Assembly: GCA_963702095.1 (NCBI GenBank)
Contig: OY969706.1
Location: 1,056,001-1,120,000 of the forward strand
Source: Candidatus Bathyarchaeota archaeon
Lineage (GTDB): Archaea; Thermoproteota; Bathyarchaeia; Bathyarchaeales; Bathycorpusculaceae
Length of the DNA stretch: 64,000 nucleotides
Direction of reading: 5' to 3'
A program made the position numbers and the translations under genes. Shown here one piece after another: positions 1 to 10,540 of the stretch (within the stretch, counting starts at the first letter, position 1; the number at the start of each line of letters is the position of its first letter). A model generated the notes under the pieces. The model ran no database searches and was not told the DNA's origin. It saw only the letters and a list, made by a program, of their open reading frames with translations.

Positions 1-312
1 CTTATCTTTACTGGGCACTTTATCGACAATCAAATTGAAAATTACGAGATTCAGGCTATCTTTCTTGAAGTTAACGCTAATTTCTCTTGCCACTCGTGAC
101 GAAGCGCCCTCCTCAAGAGAATCCAAAACTTCCTCATCGATTCTTCTTACAATCTCATTTACTCTTGAATTGGAATCCAAGAAAGAATCTGGCTTGATTA
201 ACTTTGTTGCCTTAGAGGGGCTCTCAAATGAAAAAAACCCGTCAATGGTCAAACCTTTCTTTATAACTCCCAGGTTTTCATCGCGTTCAAGTTCTCTAAC
301 TTTCAACTGCAT
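1..312 (-). CDS. Hypothetical protein, truncated by window edge
   Basis: ATG at 312 on the minus strand, open to the window start (MQLKVRELERDENLGVIKKG...); the + strand ORF 35..367 is its shadow. Confidence 0.6.
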   Translation of the reverse strand, partial: MQLKVRELERDENLGVIKKGLTIDGFFSFESPSKATKLIKPDSFLDSNSRVNEIVRRIDEEVLDSLEEGASSRVAREISVNFKKDSLNLVIFNLIVDKVPSKDK

Positions 313-416
313 GCTATCTAATTGGTTGGGAATAATATATTATAATTGCGCCTTTGCATACCACTAGAATTAAATCAATCCTCAACCAATAGAAACCAAA
401 AGAAGGATTCCAAGTA

Positions 417-1106
417 ATGACTCTTATTGAGGACTACGGCTTAGATACACCCGCAAGGTCCCTATTATTAACAGTTTTATCAATAAAGGATAATGCCGAA
501 AGGACAGAAATGGATAAACTGCGCATCCAAAAAGTCCTAAGATTCTACGAGTATCTGCGGGAAAAAAAGGAAATTGATTTCTCCAATTTTAAGCTTGGCG
601 GAGTCGCATACGAACTGGAAGAAAACCGAGAAACCCTCATAGAATACGAGCTTATAGACCAGAAAAACTGCGATTTCTTCCTAACTGAAGAAGGCAAAAC
701 AGCAGCGGGCGATCTCAAAAAAACCTTCAATCACGAAGAGTACGAACAGCTAGTCTGCGCCAAAAAACTTCTAAATGACTTACCGAACGACGAATTGCTC
801 TACTTCATGTATAAGACAATTCCAGAAACACAAAAGCACTCAACCGAGTTCGACCGTCTTGAAAGGAAAAAAGAAACATTAGTTAAGAACCTATTTGCAA
901 AACGAAAAATAGACTCTGAAACAGCAATTTGTTGGCTAGATGTAAGCGAAGAGGAATTCATTAAAATGTTCCCAAAGAAGAAGCTACCCGAAAGTGCAAT
1001 TAACATGATGGCCAAAGGCTACCAAGATTGCGCCGACGAAGATTTGAAGATTGCTAAGGACTTTGAGCAGGTAGAAAACGAACTTGATGAAGAATGCGGT
1101 GCGTAG
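417..1106 (+). CDS. wHTH protein with UPF0175-like HTH and a C-terminal MazE/NdoAI-like antitoxin helix
   Basis: Overlaps the MazF gene; C-terminus MAKGYQDCADEDLKIAKDFEQVE resembles the toxin-binding helix of NdoAI-type antitoxins. Confidence 0.55.
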   Translation: MTLIEDYGLDTPARSLLLTVLSIKDNAERTEMDKLRIQKVLRFYEYLREKKEIDFSNFKLGGVAYELEENRETLIEYELIDQKNCDFFLTEEGKTAAGDLKKTFNHEEYEQLVCAKKLLNDLPNDELLYFMYKTIPETQKHSTEFDRLERKKETLVKNLFAKRKIDSETAICWLDVSEEEFIKMFPKKKLPESAINMMAKGYQDCADEDLKIAKDFEQVENELDEECGA

Positions 1107-1435
1107 AGGCAATATTTTCTGGGCAGATCTTGACCCAGTCAAGGGATCCGAGCAGGGCAAAACCAGACCAGTCTTAATCATCCAAAACGATGTTGGCAAT
1201 GAAAATAGCCCGGTAACTATAGTAGCATGTATAACAACAAATTTAGCTAAGAAAAGACTATCCAACCAACGTTTTTATTACAGCAAAAGAAACAGGGCTA
1301 AATTCTGACTCTGTAGTTTTACTTAACCAAATAAGGACACTGGATAAAACCAGGCTACAAAATAAAATAGGGTCGGTACCAAAACTAAAAATGCTTGAAG
1401 TCGGAGAAGCCCTAAAAATCAGCCTAAATCTTTAG
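1084..1435 (+). CDS. mazF: MazF/PemK endoribonuclease toxin with a 1-nt frameshift near 1252-1255
   Basis: RRGNIFWADLDPVKGSEQGKTRPVLIIQND motif; alternative frame continues YPTNVFI...DSVVLLNQIRTLDKTRL...ALKISLNL to a stop at 1435. Confidence 0.9.
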
Positions 1436-1706
1436 TCAATCACTTGTTACATTCGATTTTTCCTAATTAGCGGTAGAACACACTTAAAGTCATCTATTTT
1501 TATGGCTTATGTGGAAACAATTGCTATACTAGCGCAAGCTAAACTATCCCTAAGGTCTATGCGGAACAAACCTCTTAAGCAGCTTCTGCAGATGAAGTTA
1601 TTGCAGTTTTACGCTGCATAGGAAACATCCCTGGATGTCTTCCCCGAGAAAAGACTCGGATCATCAAGGATTCGGGCGATTTGCCCTCAATCGATGGTGA
1701 TAACAA

Positions 1707-4700
1707 ATGATGGCAAAGATAGACAAAAAAATTGGTATAATTGGAATTGGGGCTGTAGGTACTCCGCTAAAAGCAACCTGTGAAGTATATTTCAAAGAAG
1801 TAAAAGAATATGATAAGAAAGGCAACTATGACTGGCAACCAATACTTGGTTGTAACATAGTCTTTATCTGTGTTCCGACCCCTGAAGGTGCTGCCGAAAG
1901 GTTAGATTGCAGTTGCATCGAAGAAGTTCTAACGCGACTTGACAATGACCGCTTCCTTGGAATAGTAGCAATAAAAAGCACCCTCGCTGTTGGCTTTATG
2001 GATAAAGCGTGCGATTTTCATCCTAATTTGCGTTTGGTCTACAATCCAGAATTTTTAAGAGAAAAAAGCGCTTTTCAATGGACAGTCAATCCTGATAGAA
2101 TTGTAGTATCGGGTGATCTAAGCGACGCCAAAGAAGTCTTGTCAGTTTTTGTCTGGGCTGAACATGCGAAGACGATAATAACGGATCATCGGTCTGCTGA
2201 AATTGGGAAGCTCGCTCATAATGCGTTCATTGCAACAAAAGTAGCCTTTACGAACGAAATGGAGCGAATATGTCAGAAACTTGAAGCAAATGTCGAAGAC
2301 GTTATGGATGTAGTGACGTCGGATCGCCGGGTAATATCAAAAGAACATCTACAACCATACTTAGGTCCGTATGGGGGGAAGTGTGTTCCTAAAGACATTA
2401 AAGAGCTTAAGAATGCCTCAAAATCTAATTTCTTGCAAGCAGTTGAAGATGTCAATGAAGAAACCAAGAGAAGATACGGCGCTAATGAAAACAAAGTAGG
2501 ATGTAACCTAACCCCCAAGTCAGAGATTAGAATTGTAACAATAATTCCAACGCGGTCTAGGTTGACCCAATTAGAAAAAGCACTCACAAACGTAGCAAAG
2601 CAAACTCGACCACCGGATGAATTAATTGTAGTCGGAGATGAAAAGACCGATTTACCAACTGACAGAAAAGCTATGGAAAGCAAATTCATCAAAACAAAGG
2701 TATCTTGGCTTTTTAACGCAAGAACCAAAAACCTTTCGGGCGCCATAAACACAGCAACTCAATTCCTCATAAAGACGGAGATTGATCCAGAAAGAACCTA
2801 CCTTGCCCTCTTGGACGACGATGACAGATGGGCACCTGACTACCTGCAAACACTTGTTGATCGAGCGACTTCTGCACTACAAGACCTTGTTATTTCTGGG
2901 CTAATCCGCCATGAGACTGAAGGGGATGCAGGGACTAAGCAAACCATCCCCCAAGCCATCAACCAAAATATGTTCTTGGTTGGAAATCCGCACATACAAG
3001 GGTCAAACCTATTTGTGAAAATGAGCACTTTTCTGCGAGCAGGAGGGTTTGATGAAAACCTTCCAAGTTGCACTGACAGAGATTTTATGATAAGATTACT
3101 GGATCTTGGGAATATCCAATACTCTTGCATACAGAGACACCTTGTTCACCATTATGCTAGCTCAGCAAGTCGCCTTTCAAAATATGGATCCGCGAGCAAA
3201 ATCGGCGGTCTGACGAGATTTTTGCGAAAATATCAAGACCGGATGACCGCCCAAGAAAGTCTTCAATTTAAAAAAAGGGCCAAAACTCTTTTCGGATGGA
3301 CAGAAAGCATAGTGCAACAAAGTGCTGAAATATCAAGCCTTCCACCCCCTCCTAAGTCAACAAACAAACATGCCTTTCATCTGGTCGTAGGATTTACTGC
3401 TTCGCATCTATCATGCGCAGGCAAACTCTTACGCGATCTGAGTGTATTTCAGAAACGCTTTCCTCAACCGATCTCTCTTGTAATTTTAGACAATACAGAG
3501 AATAGGAAGCAGCTTGAGCAATTGGTTGCAGAAAACAAAACAGGCCTATTCAGTTCAAGATTGATCTCTGAAAGCGAGGTATACCAAGACGCTGACGCAG
3601 GCAAACTAGGGACGTTCTACGTAAACAGAGAACGAAGAAAAGGACCAAGTTATGGAAGAACGGCGCTTCATCGATTCTTGTATTTGACAGGGGTTGAGTT
3701 AGAGAATCCTGTTTTTTGGATACTTGACGACGATGTTAGATTAGACAAAATAGTATATGCCTCTAATAATCAAGTAATAATACCTGAGCAATTTCAAGAG
3801 ATTGTAGATTACCTGCTCGAACAGAAAGTCGCTATCTGCGTCGCTGGGATCATGGGCGACCCCCCACTGCCGATTGAAAGCAGCATCCGCGGCCAACTAT
3901 TGGAGCTAAGCCATTATCTGAGAAAACAAACCGGCAACGCTCACAGTGAAAAAAAGCTTGATGCTGATGCGGTTGCAGAACGCTTCCCTGACCAATACTA
4001 CGATCTGTCAACAAGCCGATATGACCATTTAGAAACCCCAATCAAAGTATCGTTAAACATAGATGGGCTGGCTTTTGCTCAATGCATAGACTCTTTGTTT
4101 GAGGGAAGAAACCAACTTAGACCTGCTCTGCCAACAAACGCATCTATCATAATGCGAGGCGGTAACACTATCGTCACTGACATAGAATGCCTTCGAACAC
4201 ACATTAACAGTTCTCCAAGGATTAACGGGGTAGAACTCCGGAGGGGTGATACAAGCTGGGTAGAGCTGAACCGATATGTTGGCGGGGAACTGGTGGGTTA
4301 TGAAAACAAACAGGTCATCAGCCTTCCTCTATTCCTCAGGCAAGAGCGAGCGCCAACATTCAAGGCGAAATTGCTGGGTGAGACGCTAGCAGCCGACCTT
4401 TTGGGAGGAGCATTCGTCAGGGCGTTTACCCACCTATTCCAAAAGAGAAGCGAGAACAGCAAAGAAATGGTGGATATCGGTAGCACCCTTGCCTTCTCAG
4501 AGGAAGATTGCCATACAGTAATAGCAGAAACAATGCGTAATCTTGAACAACGCTTAACCATTTTGCATATGAGTGCATGGCGAATAAACGGTCTCATTTC
4601 ATCGATTAGATACCAAATTGCCAATGGTAGTGGGACTACCGCAAATATGCTAAACCAGGAAGAAACCACAAGACTTTATGCGGTTTTAAAATGGATCGAC

Positions 4701-7637
4701 GAAGATCTGTCGATTCAAAGAATAAATGAATTCTCCCAAAATCTCAAGTTAGGTGTAGCTGAAGGCATTACTGACTATTTACTTACGTTCGAAAAATCTA
4801 GGCTGCAATTTGCAACTAACCTTGGTTTGAAGGCGACTGGTAAGCAAAAAAGAAAGGCTCAAGAACTTATCCAAAAGCATTTTGGGGCTGTTACTCTCGG
4901 GTTAATAGGTCAGGGTCAAGAAGGCCTTGTGTTCAGTGACGGAACTAATGCATACAAATACTTCATCAAGAATGGTATCCAAAAGAAGAGTGGGCTGCTT
5001 GACCTTATCCGGGATAAGCTTAATTCGTCAGCAGAGCTCAAGCGAATTGTTGCAGTTGAGAATCTCATTGTTGAAGATAACCAAGTTTTGTTAAGCATGC
5101 CATTGATAGAAGGAAGCCACTATAATGGCGGCAGGATAACAGAATTCCTCGAACTCTTAAGAGAATGCAAGAGGGCAGGCATAGTCACAACAAACCTTTG
5201 GCCAAAAAACCTCATCGTTGGCAAGAATGGTCTGGTTTATGTTGACATTGGAAGGAGTTTAGCGCCTTTCCGAGAAGACCTCTTCAATGAAATGTGCAAG
5301 AGAGCATACCTAACCTATAGGTGGCACTTCAGGTCCGACCTCAAAGAACTGCTTACAAAAAGCCTACAGAACCCTAATCTACCAGAACTATTCGGGTTTG
5401 AAGAATTCAAGAAATCAATCGAAAAAGTAGATGTTCATACACAAATGGATAACTACCTAATCCACGAATGTCTCAAATCAAATCCTCGGACTGTGCTAGA
5501 TTTTGGTTGTGGCACAGGCACTATAGCTGACCAACTTGCCCATTATGGCTGTAAGGTAGATTGCTATGACCCTAACCCTGATAGATTCAATAGTCGACCA
5601 CACAGAGAGAATGTAACTTTACTGCAGCTAAACGACGTGGATAAGTCGGTTAAAGATGGACAAGGCTACGACTTAGTTTTGTGTAATCTAGTGCTATGTT
5701 CAATAGAATCTGACATTGAGGTCGAAGCGATAATGCAGCGACTTAGAAGCTTGACATCGCAGAATGGGCGGGCTATTATAGGATTGTGCAATCCCCTCTC
5801 GGATGAGGTTAAAACAAGCCCAAGCCAAACAAGAAACGTTACACACAACCAGTACCACGATCAATATGCCATTACAGAAACTACGCCCAAAGGTAATCAA
5901 AGGACAGATTGGCATCGACCCATCAGTTGGTATGAACACATGGCCCACCAAGCAGGTCTTGAAATAGAAAAAACGGTCGAAGTTCCAGGCGTAGACACCG
6001 AACGACTATCCCCCAGCAGCGACCAAATTTTGTTAGTACTACGTCCGTTGATCCAACCAAAACAAATCAAAACAGTCTCTTTAATGATAAAAGCCAGTGC
6101 TATGGAATGGCAAACTATTGAAAAACAGGTTAGGCACATTGTTTCGCAACTGGAAGGACCACAGAAATTCATCGAAAAAATAGTCGTCACTGACACAGCA
6201 ACAGAAGGCTTCGCAAGACAATACGCCAAACCAAACCTGGAGAAATTCCAGCAAGCCCTCCAAAAACTCACAGAGGACCATGTCATTGATCGAATAATTT
6301 CAGCCCCAGATAATTCAGAGCAAATCAAGGAAGTTTACCAAAAATGGTTTGGTATCGAATGCTCAAAACCACGCGTTATAACCAACGGGCAACCGGCTTT
6401 TATGACACTTTATGGATTCGACCAGTGCAAAAGCAACTACATACTGCAGATGGATTGTGACTGCATATTCTTTAGACGCTCACGCTCACACGACTATCTT
6501 GGAGAAATGATTAGTCTTCTTGAAAGCGACCACACAGCAGTAACAGTTGCTTTGCCAATTCCATATGGTGAACCACAACCCTTCAAAAAAGAAAATGAAA
6601 ACACACCATTCAGGGTCGAAGTAAGGTGCTGTCTGCTAAACTTGTCAAAACTTAAATCCATGCTACCACTAGAAAACAAATTGAAAGATGGCCAGTTAAG
6701 CTTGCCCTGGCACCGCAGCTTGGATTTAGCGATATCAAAGGGAAAAGCAACTTCTTATCGAGGCGGCAATCCCCAGACATGCTTTGTGCATGTACCGAAC
6801 TTTAGGAAAATTGACGTAAACGACTGGATGAGTATACTAGATGCAGCAGAAAACGGCAGAATGATTCCAGAGCAACTAAACAAAATACAGCTAGCTGGCG
6901 AAGCGGCAGACTGGCTAGGAAAACGAAACGAAGAAATGGTTATTCTAATGCGAGGACGCAATGTCCCTCTCTCAAAAGTCCGCCGCTGTGTGGCTTCTTT
7001 GCAGGCTCAATCTTTCAAAAACTGGTCAGCAATAATAATTGACGCTAATTCGTCTAATGGACTTGAGGAATTGTACGAGTTTTCATTAAGGAAATCCATT
7101 GGACACAAAGCCACTTATGTTCGCAACCATGTTTTAATGTCTCCGATGGAAAACATCGAATACGCAACCAGTAGCATATGCATGAACCCCCAATCAATCA
7201 TACTGCACCTAGACTTAGACGATGCACTCATAGGAACAGACGCTTTAAGAAAGGTCAAAGATGCCTACGACAAAGGAGCAGACGTAACAGTAGGGTCAAT
7301 GCTTAGGACCGACAAACAAGCGGAATATCAAGTGACCTTAAAGAATCCCCGTTCTAATCGGGGCGGAAACGTTTGGCAACACCTTCGAACCTACCGAAAA
7401 TACATCTACGACACAGTGCCCAAGGAGTACTTCAAAGTTGACGGAGAATGGGTTACTCATAGCGAGGACTGGGCTTTCATGATCCCCATGGTAGAACTCT
7501 CAAAGAATCCGGTTCATATCAAAGATAAGATATACTTCTACGAGCCGTCAGAGGATAAGCCAAACAGGGATATCCAAGAAAGGGAAACCCTTATCGCTAA
7601 AATCATAGCTAAGCCATCCCTGGGGGGTAAGAATTGA
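1707..7637 (+). CDS. 1976-aa multidomain enzyme: nucleotide-sugar dehydrogenase, GT2, GT-A-like, kinase-like, SAM methyltransferase, two further GT-A/GT2 domains
   Basis: GIIGIGAVG, YNPEFLRE, GGKCVPKD (UDP-Glc/GDP-Man dehydrogenase); IIPT..R, LDDDD, GGFDE (GT2); WILDDD; IGQGQEGLVF..YK..KNL..VDIG (kinase fold); VLDFGCGTG (MTase); MDCD and LDLDD DxD motifs. Confidence 0.8.
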   Translation: MMAKIDKKIGIIGIGAVGTPLKATCEVYFKEVKEYDKKGNYDWQPILGCNIVFICVPTPEGAAERLDCSCIEEVLTRLDNDRFLGIVAIKSTLAVGFMDKACDFHPNLRLVYNPEFLREKSAFQWTVNPDRIVVSGDLSDAKEVLSVFVWAEHAKTIITDHRSAEIGKLAHNAFIATKVAFTNEMERICQKLEANVEDVMDVVTSDRRVISKEHLQPYLGPYGGKCVPKDIKELKNASKSNFLQAVEDVNEETKRRYGANENKVGCNLTPKSEIRIVTIIPTRSRLTQLEKALTNVAKQTRPPDELIVVGDEKTDLPTDRKAMESKFIKTKVSWLFNARTKNLSGAINTATQFLIKTEIDPERTYLALLDDDDRWAPDYLQTLVDRATSALQDLVISGLIRHETEGDAGTKQTIPQAINQNMFLVGNPHIQGSNLFVKMSTFLRAGGFDENLPSCTDRDFMIRLLDLGNIQYSCIQRHLVHHYASSASRLSKYGSASKIGGLTRFLRKYQDRMTAQESLQFKKRAKTLFGWTESIVQQSAEISSLPPPPKSTNKHAFHLVVGFTASHLSCAGKLLRDLSVFQKRFPQPISLVILDNTENRKQLEQLVAENKTGLFSSRLISESEVYQDADAGKLGTFYVNRERRKGPSYGRTALHRFLYLTGVELENPVFWILDDDVRLDKIVYASNNQVIIPEQFQEIVDYLLEQKVAICVAGIMGDPPLPIESSIRGQLLELSHYLRKQTGNAHSEKKLDADAVAERFPDQYYDLSTSRYDHLETPIKVSLNIDGLAFAQCIDSLFEGRNQLRPALPTNASIIMRGGNTIVTDIECLRTHINSSPRINGVELRRGDTSWVELNRYVGGELVGYENKQVISLPLFLRQERAPTFKAKLLGETLAADLLGGAFVRAFTHLFQKRSENSKEMVDIGSTLAFSEEDCHTVIAETMRNLEQRLTILHMSAWRINGLISSIRYQIANGSGTTANMLNQEETTRLYAVLKWIDEDLSIQRINEFSQNLKLGVAEGITDYLLTFEKSRLQFATNLGLKATGKQKRKAQELIQKHFGAVTLGLIGQGQEGLVFSDGTNAYKYFIKNGIQKKSGLLDLIRDKLNSSAELKRIVAVENLIVEDNQVLLSMPLIEGSHYNGGRITEFLELLRECKRAGIVTTNLWPKNLIVGKNGLVYVDIGRSLAPFREDLFNEMCKRAYLTYRWHFRSDLKELLTKSLQNPNLPELFGFEEFKKSIEKVDVHTQMDNYLIHECLKSNPRTVLDFGCGTGTIADQLAHYGCKVDCYDPNPDRFNSRPHRENVTLLQLNDVDKSVKDGQGYDLVLCNLVLCSIESDIEVEAIMQRLRSLTSQNGRAIIGLCNPLSDEVKTSPSQTRNVTHNQYHDQYAITETTPKGNQRTDWHRPISWYEHMAHQAGLEIEKTVEVPGVDTERLSPSSDQILLVLRPLIQPKQIKTVSLMIKASAMEWQTIEKQVRHIVSQLEGPQKFIEKIVVTDTATEGFARQYAKPNLEKFQQALQKLTEDHVIDRIISAPDNSEQIKEVYQKWFGIECSKPRVITNGQPAFMTLYGFDQCKSNYILQMDCDCIFFRRSRSHDYLGEMISLLESDHTAVTVALPIPYGEPQPFKKENENTPFRVEVRCCLLNLSKLKSMLPLENKLKDGQLSLPWHRSLDLAISKGKATSYRGGNPQTCFVHVPNFRKIDVNDWMSILDAAENGRMIPEQLNKIQLAGEAADWLGKRNEEMVILMRGRNVPLSKVRRCVASLQAQSFKNWSAIIIDANSSNGLEELYEFSLRKSIGHKATYVRNHVLMSPMENIEYATSSICMNPQSIILHLDLDDALIGTDALRKVKDAYDKGADVTVGSMLRTDKQAEYQVTLKNPRSNRGGNVWQHLRTYRKYIYDTVPKEYFKVDGEWVTHSEDWAFMIPMVELSKNPVHIKDKIYFYEPSEDKPNRDIQERETLIAKIIAKPSLGGKN

Positions 7638-8197
7638 ACAAACCAATCATCTCTGTCATCGGCGACACCCATATGGAGCCTGGCGGAGCCAAATGGAACA
7701 CTGCTGAAGAGCTTGGAGAAAAACTAGCAACCGCAGGATACCGCATAATGACCGGGGGGCTCGGAGACTTACCAAAAGCAATAGCTAAAGGGGCCAGAAA
7801 ATCCTCTGGCTACATAGATGGAACACTAATTGCCATTCTTCCAGGATTTGACCCTTCAATAGCCCAAGACTACGCAGACATAGTCATCGCAACAGGGCTG
7901 GATCAAGCTAGAAACCTCATCATAGCCAACTGCGACGCCATTATAGCAGTCGGTGGTGGCGCCGGTACACTATCAGAAATAGCCCTCGCATGGTCGCTAA
8001 AACGCCTAATAATAGCGTTTGATCTTCCGGGATGGAGCGGTTCATTAGGAAACCACAGAATCGATGGCAGAAAGCGCTACAATGAAATTTCAGAGGATAA
8101 AATCTATAAAATCACAACGTGTAACGGTGCCCTTGAAAAATTGAATCATTACTTGCCAAAATACACAAGACGCCACAATGGTATTAAAGTAAAATAG
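7634..8197 (+). CDS. SLOG/LOG-family protein (TIGR00725-like)
   Basis: TGG, ILPG, RNLII..DAIIAVGGGAGTLSEI motif; TTGA overlap with the upstream stop. Confidence 0.85.
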   Translation: MNKPIISVIGDTHMEPGGAKWNTAEELGEKLATAGYRIMTGGLGDLPKAIAKGARKSSGYIDGTLIAILPGFDPSIAQDYADIVIATGLDQARNLIIANCDAIIAVGGGAGTLSEIALAWSLKRLIIAFDLPGWSGSLGNHRIDGRKRYNEISEDKIYKITTCNGALEKLNHYLPKYTRRHNGIKVK

Positions 8198-8216
8198 TGT
8201 TCAATCTTATTGACTA

Positions 8217-8942
8217 TCAAGACTCTCCACTGAAAGAATCAAGTATACTCTCAGCAATTTTTCTCACTTTAAATTCTTCATCTTCTGACTGAGGCACCGA
8301 TAAGGAAATTTCAATGATGTTATCAATTCCGACAATTTGAGCATGGATGTCTTTTCCAAAAAGCTCAAAAAAGTTTGAGTTTTTGCCTTCCCATCTGTCT
8401 AGAAAGGTATTTGTTGCTCTGCTGAATTTTTCGATCTTAGACATATTAAGCTCCATTAACTTTTTCTCAAAAACCGCTCTTATACTCCACCGATTAGACA
8501 AATGGTCTATCGAGAACTTGTACCCTTCTTTTTTAGTGATAATTAACTCAGATTTATTTAGTGGCAAAGTATCGTCGAGCGTTTTTTGAGACTCAGTAAG
8601 AAGGTTAATCATGTCTTCAAAGCCTAGAAGTTGGATCAGATGAACCCCAGCAATAGCCCTAACTGGATCAATCTCCTTCTGTTCAAGAGTTTTCAGTAAT
8701 TTAGAGTGAACCCATGCTCTTCGATCTTTTACCTTCATCTCTCGAGGAGCACTTTTTCTCAACTCATAAGTGACGCTACGGATTTCTTCAGCTAGATCTA
8801 CCAAGCCTGCGAATTCTTTTTTCTCTGTAAGATATACATTCGATTTGATGATACTTTTGGCGGCATCATAGTCTCGAAGCCAAAGGTTATCCCTAATTTC
8901 ACAGATTGTACTTACTAGCTGGTTGATGTTCTGTTCACTCAT
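8217..8942 (-). CDS. Hypothetical protein coupled to the upstream nuclease gene
   Basis: 241-aa ORF; ATGA overlap with 8939..9700. Confidence 0.6.
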   Translation of the reverse strand: MSEQNINQLVSTICEIRDNLWLRDYDAAKSIIKSNVYLTEKKEFAGLVDLAEEIRSVTYELRKSAPREMKVKDRRAWVHSKLLKTLEQKEIDPVRAIAGVHLIQLLGFEDMINLLTESQKTLDDTLPLNKSELIITKKEGYKFSIDHLSNRWSIRAVFEKKLMELNMSKIEKFSRATNTFLDRWEGKNSNFFELFGKDIHAQIVGIDNIIEISLSVPQSEDEEFKVRKIAESILDSFSGES

Positions 8943-9700
8943 TTTTCAACCCTCAAGATGTAGGCGTCATAACGTCGTCTATTTTGATTTCTTGCCGCTA
9001 AGAAAACAAAACCAGTGTAAGATCTGCCTATAAGCGACTGAAGTTGCTCAAGAGCATGCGAAAGCCTATTTGGTTCTAGCGCACCGGTAAATCCCTTTAC
9101 CTCTGCTAATAATGGAACACGATAACTATTTCTACCAACGAGCGCTGAAAGTTTATGAGCGTTATCATAAACCAGAAAATCAGGAACCAAGAATGTAGCT
9201 TTCTTGCCTGGTCTCAAATGGCTAATCTCTGAAGGACTTACTCCCATCTCAGTTAGAAGAAAATATGTGAATAACGATTCTCCAATCTCACCTGAAACAT
9301 CTCCAGAAAATGTTTTCTTAACTAAACAAGTCGCACCTTTGGGAGCCCGCGAACTAGACCTATTTATCGGAAGTCTTCTTCCAAAGCTGTAATAACAAAA
9401 ATTATCGTCTATTCTACTCACTTGTTTTTCAGAAAATCTACTATTGCAAATCTCCAATGTAGCCAAGTTGACGGAAAAGTTCCTAAAAATTGTGCAAACA
9501 CTACGATTGATATTATCAATTATTTGTTTTGCATCTGACTTCAGTTGCGCCTTCAGTTTTGCCCAGAACGCTAATTGTTGAAGGATATTCAAATAGATCA
9601 ACTGTAAGCAAATGAGCAAGCGGATTGGCAGACATACTTTCTCAATTGAACTGTGTTCTTCAGAAGAGCATATTAGCTTTTGTGCGCGCCATACTTTCAA
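8939..9700 (-). CDS. PD-(D/E)XK nuclease-family protein
   Basis: GEIGE...PDF...AEVKG...A..QL motif; start codon uncertain. Confidence 0.65.
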   Translation of the reverse strand: MKVWRAQKLICSSEEHSSIEKVCLPIRLLICLQLIYLNILQQLAFWAKLKAQLKSDAKQIIDNINRSVCTIFRNFSVNLATLEICNSRFSEKQVSRIDDNFCYYSFGRRLPINRSSSRAPKGATCLVKKTFSGDVSGEIGESLFTYFLLTEMGVSPSEISHLRPGKKATFLVPDFLVYDNAHKLSALVGRNSYRVPLLAEVKGFTGALEPNRLSHALEQLQSLIGRSYTGFVFLAARNQNRRRYDAYILRVEK

Positions 9701-9882
9701 AACGTTTCTAGGACAATAGCTCAGATCTAGTAATCCAGATAATTACCATAAAGACTAATGAATTAACGGGTCAAGAGCATCTCGAATAGTGAATATCTGT
9801 TTGCTATTAGTTGCTATTTCTTGTGATCTCTCGTCGTAACTTCTTTTAAGAGTTATGAGCGCAAGCTTCGTAAACAATTGTT

Positions 9883-10425
9883 TTACTGTGTTGTTCTCTC
9901 ATGTGAACAGTTCTCGGCTAGACGCTCTGTTAGATAGTAGAATCTTGGAACTGTACGCTGTGGATTGGCAACGATTTTGCCTTTCCGTCGCAAACGAAGG
10001 ATAATTCGCCTGAATGCATCATGTTTGAGCTCTAAAAAGTCTTGATAGCTGAATTCACGCTTTATGTCGTTTGCTTTGTTTAGGATGTAGCCCTCAAGAA
10101 GAAGACTACTAAATGTTCTCTGATACTCCTTCTTTACACAACTCAAATCATAGGGCTCGCGCCGGGGCTTGCTGACCTGGTATTGGAAAACGTTGGTCTG
10201 CTGAATATTGATAACCTGTTTCCCACTGCGAACCTCCGCAGCGCCCTCAGTTCCTTTCATGAAGGCGTCTACTAAGCTTAGGGTGATGTGGCATACGTCC
10301 ATGCCGTTATCTTTGGCCCACTGGACATATTCCTTCCAGCGCTGATAATGCCGCATGTTCGGCGCCCTAAAATTACAGATCAAATTCTTGGGCTGAACAC
10401 CACTGACCGCTTTTTGCTCTTCCAC
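9883..10425 (-). CDS. Putative DNA-binding protein (RHH-like N-terminus, wHTH-like C-terminus)
   Basis: 180-aa ORF; C-terminal FRRIILRLRRKGKI...PRFYYL wing pattern. Confidence 0.5.
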   Translation of the reverse strand: MEEQKAVSGVQPKNLICNFRAPNMRHYQRWKEYVQWAKDNGMDVCHITLSLVDAFMKGTEGAAEVRSGKQVINIQQTNVFQYQVSKPRREPYDLSCVKKEYQRTFSSLLLEGYILNKANDIKREFSYQDFLELKHDAFRRIILRLRRKGKIVANPQRTVPRFYYLTERLAENCSHERTTQ

Positions 10426-10540
10426 TTGCTATCTCAGCCCCAAAACAAAAGAAAAAAATGGGTGGTGAAAAGTCAGTACAAAAGTCTCACGTGTGCGGCG
10501 GATCTGGATACGTAAAAATCGTATAAATGCAAGACATGTA

